Part shown: piece after piece, positions 1 to 7,080 of the stretch
How positions within the stretch are numbered: position 1 is the first letter of the stretch
Layout of the letters: every line of letters starts with the position of its first letter
DNA from: Candidatus Methylopumilus sp.
GTDB taxonomy: Bacteria > Pseudomonadota > Gammaproteobacteria > Burkholderiales > Methylophilaceae
Assembly (NCBI GenBank): GCA_041662005.1
Contig: JBAZTJ010000028.1
Span: 1 to 24,818, forward strand
Direction of reading: 5' to 3'
Length of the DNA: 24,818 nt
Notes under the pieces: model-generated
Databases searched by the model: none
What the model saw: the letters and a program-made list of their open reading frames with translations, nothing else
What the model was told of the DNA's origin: nothing
Made by a program: the position numbers and the translations under genes

Positions 1-456
1 TGCAATCAGACTGACCAGCCCGAATGCCAGCGACAGGAACAATCCATGCATGGCCGGCACGGGCAGATGATACAGCAAACCCATGGGATAACTCACCAGC
101 GCTACCGGAATACCTATGCCCACAAAGCTCGCGGTGATCTTGCCGGCACACAGTGCGGATAGCGAAAAACCTGCCGTGCGCATCTGTGCCAAAGCGCCAT
201 GCTCTTCGTCCATATCAAACAAACGGCTGGCTCCCATCAGCACCGCCAGCATGGCACTCATCCAGAATACGCCGGGGGCGATGCGCTGCAGCATTTCCGG
301 CTGTGCGCCTATGGCAAGCGGGAACATGCTGACCACCATCAGGTGAAATACGGCAGGCCAGATGATATCCACCGGCCTGGCTGCAATCAGCTTGAGCTCA
401 CGACGCAGGGTACACCAGTAACTTGCGGTTGGTGTTAGGTGTACAGCTGACGCCAT
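1..456 (-). CDS. ccmB: Heme exporter permease CcmB, 3'-truncated at the window edge. ATG at 456..454; reads in-frame with the upstream ccmA without an intervening stop.
   Basis: Manual minus-strand translation gives MASAVHLTPTASYWCTLRRELKLIAARPVDIIWPAVFHLMVVSMFPLAIGAQPEMLQRIAPGVFWMSAML...; this is hydrophobic and polytopic, and the IGxxPExLxRIAPG motif is typical of CcmB. The ORF runs off the window, so it is absent from the ORF track. Confidence 0.7.
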   Translation of the reverse strand, partial: MASAVHLTPTASYWCTLRRELKLIAARPVDIIWPAVFHLMVVSMFPLAIGAQPEMLQRIAPGVFWMSAMLAVLMGASRLFDMDEEHGALAQMRTAGFSLSALCAGKITASFVGIGIPVALVSYPMGLLYHLPVPAMHGLFLSLAFGLVSLIA

Positions 457-1155
457 GGTGGCCGCGACTACAGGCTGAGCGGGCTGTGGCTCAAAATGTC
501 CAGCCTGTGCGGCAATATTGAGTTTACCGCCCAGAAATGGCGCCAATTGCGGCAATACCTGCTGCAGGCTGATGTGCGTAGCGACGATAGCCGCGCCGCC
601 TTGCTGCAAATGGTCCGCCAATAATGAGGCAAACAGGGTTTTTGCCTGTTCATCCAGCGCATTCAGCGGCTCATCTATCAGCCACAATCTGCGCCGACTT
701 TTTGCCATCACTAACAATAATAAGCGCCGGTGCTGCCCTTGGGAGAGTTCACGCATCTGTAGACCGGCCTGCTTGCGTAGCCCAGCAGTCTCCAGCACCA
801 AGGCTACATCTGCTGGCCGTATCGCGACACCCAGCATCTGCAGGCTCAGTACCAGCTGATCTGCCACTTTCAACTCGGGGCGAAACCCGGCCTGGTGCGC
901 GAAATAGAAAGCCGGGTATTCGCTGGTTTTTCTGGAGTCTTGCTCCGAGTTCTGCTGGCGCCCATGCTGTGCGCCCAAACCGGCGATCAGTCGCAATAAG
1001 GTAGTTTTACCGCTGCCATTGGCGCCACATAGCTCGATATAACAGCCTGCGCCCACCTGGAATGCAATATCGCGCGCCAGCCTGCGGCCGCCGCGAACCA
1101 GCTGATAAGGGCCAAAGCGCATCAATGCGCTTGCATCAGCGACCGGCAAGGTCAT
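457..1155 (-). CDS. ccmA: Heme exporter ATP-binding protein CcmA (ABC ATPase). There is no in-frame stop before ccmB; its start ATG overlaps the ccmI stop (ATGA).
   Basis: Manual translation from ATG 1155..1153 gives MTLPVADASALMRFGPYQLVRGGRRLARDIAFQVGAGCYIELCGANGSGKTTLLRLIAGL... It has a Walker A (GANGSGKTT), an ABC signature-like LSQGQHRR, a Walker B (LWLIDEPLNALD) and an H-loop (ATH). The frame stays open to the window edge. Confidence 0.8.
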
Positions 1156-2447
1156 TGCACGGCCGACTGAATCACCAGATGCAACCCTTGCAAACCGACC
1201 TTGACACTGGGGATAACGACACCCAAGTCGCCTGGCTGCTTGATCGCGTTGCCGGACATGGAGAGCCGGGCTTCGAGCTTCACTTCAGTCGATGCGGACA
1301 GCTTCATGGCAGGACTCATGGCCATGCTGTCATCCAGCTTGAATGGGACTTTATTGCCTGCTAGTAAAGCTTGCGGTGAAGTACGCAACACAGCCAACGG
1401 CATGGGCGGGCCAGCAACCATCTTGGCAAACACGTAAAGCATGGCGCTCTGCGGCACCGGTTTTTGACGCAGTTCGGCCAACAGTTTGGGATCAAGTACG
1501 ACATCACCCTCTATACTTGCTATAGAGGGTGTAACGGTCTCGCTCGCGGCAGGAGTCTGCTCCTGATTGGCAGTAACCGGTGCACCAATTTCAGCCAGAA
1601 TCTCATCGATTCGCGCCACATCTGGTGCATTGGCAGGAAAAGTCGCGCGCAGTTTGCGCCAGTAGTTAGCCGCAGCTATTTTATCCTGCTTCTGCATGGC
1701 CTCGGTGGCGGCAAGCGCCAACCCCTTTTGGTGCTGCGGATCCGCTTTCAACACTTGCGCTATCAGCTCACTTGGTTTGCCCGCCAGGGATTTATTATTC
1801 ACCATGGCCAGCGTGTCAGCCAGATCGGCCATCAAATCGGGGTGGCCTGGCGACAGGCGCAAGGCTTGCTGCAGCGCCTCCGCCTCACCCTTGAAATCAC
1901 GCTGGACTCCACGTGAGCGCGCCAGCAATACCCACTTATCCACATCCTCCGGATTTTCTTTCAGCTTCTGTTCCAGCTTGGCGATGCGCTCTTCCAGCGT
2001 CTCGCTGTCGCCCGGATGTTTTGCGCCATCGGCTGGAGGCGGCTCAGCCGTAACCTCGAGTGTATTGTTTTGTGCTGCCTGGGGCTTCTGCAACGCAAGC
2101 GGGTCTAACCGCCCAATAGACATATAGGTGAAGAGTGCCACCAGCACTACGCTACCCGACAGGCAGGCTACCCAACCCTTCGGCATGGGCTTTGCTTTAT
2201 CTGCACCAGACTGCTCTTGAGCAACCGCAAGTACCTGATCGGCAGTGGTCGCCCACTCGGCTCGCAAAGTTTCTCGGGTAACCTCGGAGATAGTCTGGTC
2301 CTGCTCGATTTCATCACGCTTGATGACTAGGGCTTGCCACTCGGGATCCTGCAAATGCGAGGCGATAGACTTGCGTGACCAGATTTGAAAAATGACGGTA
2401 ACAAAAACTACCAGCAAAGTGAAGGAGACTAAGAGAAAAAATGTCAT
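1152..2447 (-). CDS. ccmI: Cytochrome c-type biogenesis protein CcmI/CycH-like. It has two N-terminal TM helices and a periplasmic TPR domain.
   Basis: 430-aa ORF with an N-terminal TM (FFLLVSFTLLVVFVTVIF) and a second TM (WVACLSGSVVLVALFTYM). TPR-like helical repeats follow (LQQALRLSPGHPDLMADLADTLAM...), and the C-terminal region ends ...SMSGNAIKQPGDLGVV, as in CcmI proteins. Start ATG 2447 is preferred over TTG 2450. Confidence 0.65.
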   Translation of the reverse strand: MTFFLLVSFTLLVVFVTVIFQIWSRKSIASHLQDPEWQALVIKRDEIEQDQTISEVTRETLRAEWATTADQVLAVAQEQSGADKAKPMPKGWVACLSGSVVLVALFTYMSIGRLDPLALQKPQAAQNNTLEVTAEPPPADGAKHPGDSETLEERIAKLEQKLKENPEDVDKWVLLARSRGVQRDFKGEAEALQQALRLSPGHPDLMADLADTLAMVNNKSLAGKPSELIAQVLKADPQHQKGLALAATEAMQKQDKIAAANYWRKLRATFPANAPDVARIDEILAEIGAPVTANQEQTPAASETVTPSIASIEGDVVLDPKLLAELRQKPVPQSAMLYVFAKMVAGPPMPLAVLRTSPQALLAGNKVPFKLDDSMAMSPAMKLSASTEVKLEARLSMSGNAIKQPGDLGVVIPSVKVGLQGLHLVIQSAVQ

Positions 2448-2467
2448 CAAAAGTTCAATAATTTAAG

Positions 2468-2495
2468 TTGGCACTAATATAGCTTTATGTATAAT
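2468..2495 (+). promoter_or_regulatory. Candidate sigma70-type promoter in the AT-rich divergent intergenic region (-35 TTGGCA 2468-2473, 16-nt spacer, -10 TATAAT 2490-2495). It would drive the cytochrome operon.
   Basis: Hexamers read directly from the sequence. The region 2451-2597 is markedly AT-rich relative to flanking genes and lies between divergently oriented ccmI and the 2598 ORF. Confidence 0.3.
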
Positions 2496-2597
2496 AAATG
2501 TCATTACTTGAAACGCGCTTTATATAATAAAAATAAGATTTTAAGTACATGCCTATTTCAACGGGGATCCAGTCTTTTTGGTTAATGATAAAAATAA

Positions 2598-3485
2598 ATG
2601 TATCAAGAAAACGTATTAACCTACAACAACCTCAGATACCTTAAGTGGTCACTGATACTGATTTTGCTCTGTGTCGGCTTTTACATTGCCGAAACGCCCC
2701 CTATCCGCCAGGGAGGCGGCACCTGGCTTGGTTACACATTGGGTACCATAGGCGCAGTCATCATTGTCTGGCTGATGTTTTTCGGGCTCAGGAAGCGCGC
2801 TTATAAATCCAACCTGGGTACCGTGCGTGGCTGGCTTTCCGCCCATATCTACCTTGGCCTGTCGCTCATCGTGATCGCCACCCTGCACGCTGCATTTCAT
2901 TTCGGCTGGAACATACACACGGTTGCTTACATCCTGACCATATCAGTGGTACTTAGCGGGATGTGGGGCGTTGTTATTTACCTCAGGAATCCCATCCTGA
3001 TGAGTAACCTGCTCAATGGCAGGACGCTGGCACAATGTGGCGAAGCCCTGCTTGAGTTTGACGAACAAAGCAGGAAGCTCGCCAAAAGCATGAGCCCGCA
3101 AATACAGAAACTGATTGAGGGCTCGGCTAACGGGCCCATCTTCGCTCACTTCTGGCAACGCTACTTCGGCAAAAACCGCCGTTGCAAGACTGCAAAAGCC
3201 GTCATGCTGCTCACCAAGCACTACTCACAAGCCAAAGTCCAGGAAATATATTCCGATACCGTAGTCCTAAATGCTGCTGAGTTGCATGCGGCGATTGCCA
3301 TGCCGCAAATGCAGGAGGAACTCTACACCTTGCAATTACGGCGCCAGATACAGCTAAACCAGATCCGTGAATACCTGCGCCTGAAAGGCTGGGCCGAAGT
3401 CTGGCTACTGTTTCATGTTCCATTGTCCTTCGGTTTACTGGCTGCGCTCTCCGCGCATATTGTTTCCGTTTTCTTCTACTGGTAA
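2598..3485 (+). CDS. His-rich polytopic inner-membrane protein with about 5 TM helices and a roughly 130-aa soluble loop. It is a possible heme b / quinol-interacting subunit and the first gene of the cytochrome operon.
   Basis: Hydrophobic helices with conserved-looking His residues (SAHIYLGLSLIVIATLHAAFHFGWNIH; LFHVPLSFGLLAALSAHIV). The next gene starts 15 nt downstream. No confident family assignment. Confidence 0.6.
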   Translation: MYQENVLTYNNLRYLKWSLILILLCVGFYIAETPPIRQGGGTWLGYTLGTIGAVIIVWLMFFGLRKRAYKSNLGTVRGWLSAHIYLGLSLIVIATLHAAFHFGWNIHTVAYILTISVVLSGMWGVVIYLRNPILMSNLLNGRTLAQCGEALLEFDEQSRKLAKSMSPQIQKLIEGSANGPIFAHFWQRYFGKNRRCKTAKAVMLLTKHYSQAKVQEIYSDTVVLNAAELHAAIAMPQMQEELYTLQLRRQIQLNQIREYLRLKGWAEVWLLFHVPLSFGLLAALSAHIVSVFFYW

Positions 3486-3500
3486 AGCATCGCTAAGACA

Positions 3501-5156
3501 ATGGCTGAAAAACAAAAAAATGCCCCCTTGATAGAGGAAATCCTCGGCGCGCAAAAGATACGCAAGGGACGGCGTCTGCTGTCGTGGTTTCTTTTCCTGA
3601 CATTGCTGATGGCATGCCTGCTGATTCCTTATGGCGTCTCCATGCACCCTGATGAGGCCGCAACTTTCGTCAAGGAACACCCGTGGGCAGAGCAAACTGT
3701 TAAGCAACTTGCCAAACTGGGTATTACCCCGGCACCCACCAGGAAAATGGATGACGCCAGCATTAACAAAAAGCTGCTCCCATTTACTGCTGATGCGCAA
3801 AACTTTCGCCATACCCGCAGCACCCAACCCGCCTTCCTCAGCCTCGATAAAGTGTGGAACCCGGGACACGAGCTGGATAGTGCCCACAAACCGTGGGCCA
3901 ACGACTGTAAAGTCTGCCACAGCACCCCCTTCGTGCAAGTACAGGACAAAGACTGCCAGAGCTGCCATCGCAATATCGGCGACCACGTAGATCGCAAGAC
4001 AGCGACTGTCAGCGCGCTGGCTGACCAGAAGTGCGCCAGCTGCCACCGCGAACATAACGGCGAAGATAGCCTGGCCAAGCAGAACAAGAGTTACATGACA
4101 GAGAACTGTGCCTCCTGCCACGGCGATATCAAGAAGTCATTCGCAAAAACCAAGACAGGCAATGTCGAGGATTTTGCGACCAAGCATCCTGAGTTCAGGT
4201 ACCAGTTGGCATTGAGCAGCAAACCCAAAGACCTGGAGCGTACCCGCCTGATCAAGGGACAGATGCTCAAGGAAAAAACCGCACTGAAATTCCCGCATGA
4301 CGTTCACCTTAAGGCCGACGGCGTAAAAAGTCCCAAAGGCAAGGTCAAGGTTGAGTGCGCCAGCTGCCACAAACCGAACCCCGATGGCTTGGGCTTCGCT
4401 CAGGTCACCATGAAAGACCACTGCCAGTCATGCCATGACCTCAAGTTCGAACCTGCCGTCTCCAATCGTGAGGTACCGCATGGCTCGGTAGAACTCGTAC
4501 TATCTACCCTGAGGGAGTTCTACAGTTACGTACAGGTCAATGCGGTGCCGATTGATAGCAGTCCGCTGACGGCTCCCATCAACCTGGTACGGCCAGGCAA
4601 GGATTTGCCACGGGTAGCCAGCTTCGTGCACTCCAATGGCAACTCCCGCTCACGGGCTTCCGAGGCGGCAATATCGCTGTTCGAGAAAACCTCCTGCAAA
4701 GTCTGCCATGAGATCAGCCGCGTCAGCGAACCGGGACGCCAAGGCACTAGCGGCCGTGACTTACCACAATGGAAAGTGGCACCGCTAACACCGCGCCACC
4801 CATGGCTGACGCAATCCCAGTTTAACCATGCCAAACACCGCATTGCAGACTGTACGGATTGCCATGCTGCCAACAAATCGAAAAAGGCTGAAGAAGTATT
4901 GATGCCTGCGATCAAGGTTTGTCGCGACTGCCATACCGGCAGCACGCCAGAATCCAACAAACTGGTATCGGATTGCGGCCTGTGTCATGGCTTCCACCTG
5001 CCTGGACACGAAGCCTCCAAAGGCTCAACCAGGCAAGACACCTTAAAAAGCATCATCAAGTCCGCACTTGATAAAACCACCGTGAAACCTGACACCTCAA
5101 CCTCAGGCACCATAAAATCAAGTTCAGCTCAGCTGAATGAAGGAGAAATGCATTGA
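3501..5156 (+). CDS. Decaheme c-type cytochrome built from cytochrome c7/c3-like modules, with an N-terminal membrane anchor or uncleaved signal.
   Basis: 10 CxxCH motifs (CKVCH, CQSCH, CASCH x3, CQSCH, CKVCH, CTDCH, CRDCH, CGLCH). Several have c7-type F-x-H-x-x-H pre-motifs (FPHDVH, FNHAKH). TM segment LLSWFLFLTLLMACLLIPYGV. The stop overlaps the next gene's start. Confidence 0.9.
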   Translation: MAEKQKNAPLIEEILGAQKIRKGRRLLSWFLFLTLLMACLLIPYGVSMHPDEAATFVKEHPWAEQTVKQLAKLGITPAPTRKMDDASINKKLLPFTADAQNFRHTRSTQPAFLSLDKVWNPGHELDSAHKPWANDCKVCHSTPFVQVQDKDCQSCHRNIGDHVDRKTATVSALADQKCASCHREHNGEDSLAKQNKSYMTENCASCHGDIKKSFAKTKTGNVEDFATKHPEFRYQLALSSKPKDLERTRLIKGQMLKEKTALKFPHDVHLKADGVKSPKGKVKVECASCHKPNPDGLGFAQVTMKDHCQSCHDLKFEPAVSNREVPHGSVELVLSTLREFYSYVQVNAVPIDSSPLTAPINLVRPGKDLPRVASFVHSNGNSRSRASEAAISLFEKTSCKVCHEISRVSEPGRQGTSGRDLPQWKVAPLTPRHPWLTQSQFNHAKHRIADCTDCHAANKSKKAEEVLMPAIKVCRDCHTGSTPESNKLVSDCGLCHGFHLPGHEASKGSTRQDTLKSIIKSALDKTTVKPDTSTSGTIKSSSAQLNEGEMH

Positions 5157-7078
5157 GTCCTTTTGTATTGCCTTGCCCACGCGCACTACTCCTCGCCCTG
5201 CTCAGCACTTTGCTGGTCGCTTGCGGCGGTGGAGGCAGCGCTAGCAGTTCATCCTCCAGCAGCGTCAATTGCAGCTTCCCGATAGCCAGCACACCGCAGT
5301 CATTAACTGCGGCTGAAACCGAACGCATTATTGCCCAGGCCGAGCAGGCTGCCATGAGTGTTGGGGCACAGGCAACCATTGCAGTCGTCGACCGCGTTGG
5401 TAACGTATTGGGTGTTTACAACACAGCCGGCAATGCTGCAGCGACTGTCAACCTGCGCAGCGGCAGGGCACTTACCAGCTTTCCACAGGGTCTGGATGGA
5501 TTGGACAACACCATTCCCGCCTCTTTGGCAGCCATTGCCAAAGCCGTTACTGGCGCCTATCTATCCTCCTCTGGCAATGCATTCAGCACACGCACTGCCA
5601 GCTATATCATCCAGGAACATTTTCCACCGACGGTGGATTTCCAGGCTGGCGGTCCGTTGTTTGGTGTGCAGTTCAGCCAGCTGCCTTGTGGTGATTTCGT
5701 TACCCGCGGCATAGGGGCAACCACCGGACCAAAACGCTCGCCTCTTGGGCTTGCCGGCGATCCTGGCGGCTTCCCGATATATAAGAATGGCGTAGTGGTC
5801 GGCGGCATTGGCGTAATGTCTGATGGCGTTTATGGCATTGATTTGAACCCTGTTGCCGGCACTACAGACAGCGATGAAAGAATTGCGCAGTCCGCACTGG
5901 CTGGCTTTCAGGCTCCGGATTGCATACGTGCCAATCGAATTACACTGGGCGGCCAAACCCCGAGTTATAGCAATGCGGATAATGCATTGGTCTCCGTTAG
6001 CTCAACCACAGTGAATGCGGCTAACTTTATCGCAGTGCCAAGCTACTTCACCGCAGGGGCAGCGCTGGCGGGTAGAGCGTATGGCAATGCCGACTCCGGA
6101 TTTACCGCCGATGGCAGCGGAACCCTTGGCGCTGGTGCGTTTGTAGTCACCAACGGTGCGGCCAACCGATTTCCGGCCGTTGCATCCACCACCCCCGCAC
6201 CGGCAACTGGCTTGAGTGTCCCTGAAGTAACACAGATCATCAGCTCAGCCATAGGTGTCGCCAACCAGGCACGTGCACAGATTCGCCGCCCGCTCAACTC
6301 CCCGGCTCAAGTCACCGTTTCGGTAGTTGACCTTGACGGCAATGTATTAGGTGTTGCAAGAACGCCTGACGCGCCTGTCTTTGGGGCTGATGTTTCATTA
6401 CAAAAAGCCCGAACAGCCGCATTCTTCTCAAGCGCTAATGGAGGTGCCACGATCAATGCTCAATCGAACGTGACCTACCTGCTGGCAGGCCCTACTATTA
6501 CTTTAAGCAGTTACGTATCTGCTTCCAACACCTTTGGCAGCACAGGTTTCACCGGAACCACGGCATTCTCTGCGCGAGCCATAGGCAACATTGCACGGCC
6601 GTTTTTCCCCGACGGTATCAACGGGGCACCTAATGGCCCGCTATCAAAGCCAATTAATATATGGAGCCCTTTCAGTACAGGCTTGCAACTCGACCTTGTT
6701 TACAACGCGTTAACCTTTGCAATTCTTAATCCTGCCGATGCAAATGCCGACTGCAGCGCATCGCCGCCAGCAGCAGGAATAGGCCGCATTCAAAATGGTA
6801 TCCAGATATTCCCGGGCGGCGTCCCCATCTACCGCGGCAGCACTTTAATTGGAGCGATCGGCGTCTCTGGCGACGGCGTAGATCAGGATGACATGATTGC
6901 ATTCCTCGGCTTGAGCCGTGCTGGCACTGCGCTTGGTAACGTTATAGGCAATGCCCCATCGGGTATCAGAGCCGACACTCTGAGTATTCCTGGACAAAGT
7001 TCAGGTTTACGTTACGTTAACTGCCCGCAATCGCCCTTTATTAACAGCAATGCCCAGAACGTCTGCGCAGGGATTTAA
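5153..7078 (+). CDS. Lipoprotein with two tandem GlcG/DUF336 (HbpS-like heme-binding) domains and a poly-Ser linker. It is translationally coupled through a TTG start.
   Basis: Lipobox LLVAC-GGGG. Two copies of the DUF336 signature: ATIAVVDRVGNVLGV...GGFPIYKNGVVVGGIGVMSDG and VTVSVVDLDGNVLGV...SLQKARTAAFF...GGVPIYRGSTLIGAIGVSGDGVDQDDMIAFLGL. RBS AGGAG 7 nt upstream of TTG 5153. Confidence 0.85.
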   Translation: MSPFVLPCPRALLLALLSTLLVACGGGGSASSSSSSSVNCSFPIASTPQSLTAAETERIIAQAEQAAMSVGAQATIAVVDRVGNVLGVYNTAGNAAATVNLRSGRALTSFPQGLDGLDNTIPASLAAIAKAVTGAYLSSSGNAFSTRTASYIIQEHFPPTVDFQAGGPLFGVQFSQLPCGDFVTRGIGATTGPKRSPLGLAGDPGGFPIYKNGVVVGGIGVMSDGVYGIDLNPVAGTTDSDERIAQSALAGFQAPDCIRANRITLGGQTPSYSNADNALVSVSSTTVNAANFIAVPSYFTAGAALAGRAYGNADSGFTADGSGTLGAGAFVVTNGAANRFPAVASTTPAPATGLSVPEVTQIISSAIGVANQARAQIRRPLNSPAQVTVSVVDLDGNVLGVARTPDAPVFGADVSLQKARTAAFFSSANGGATINAQSNVTYLLAGPTITLSSYVSASNTFGSTGFTGTTAFSARAIGNIARPFFPDGINGAPNGPLSKPINIWSPFSTGLQLDLVYNALTFAILNPADANADCSASPPAAGIGRIQNGIQIFPGGVPIYRGSTLIGAIGVSGDGVDQDDMIAFLGLSRAGTALGNVIGNAPSGIRADTLSIPGQSSGLRYVNCPQSPFINSNAQNVCAGI

Positions 7079-7080
7079 TC

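Noticed and set aside
468-662. 64-aa minus-strand ORF in an alternative frame over the ccmA 3' end, terminating 11 nt before the ccmB ATG.
   Set aside because: Its product is not protein-like, while the other frame is clearly CcmA. It is kept only as a clue that a frameshift might exist near the ccmA terminus.
1464-2127. Plus-strand ORFs of 143-150 aa inside ccmI.
   Set aside because: They are antisense to a well-supported minus-strand gene. The protein sequences are low complexity (Ser/Ala/Arg-rich).
3435-4121. Minus-strand ORFs of 228 aa and 152 aa (3629-4087) antisense to the decaheme gene.
   Set aside because: They are shadow ORFs opposite a gene with ten CxxCH motifs. No independent support.
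5237-5263. Run of Ser codons (AGC/TCC).
   Set aside because: It is a low-complexity linker in the lipoprotein, in-frame, and not a tandem-repeat element or slippage tract of note.
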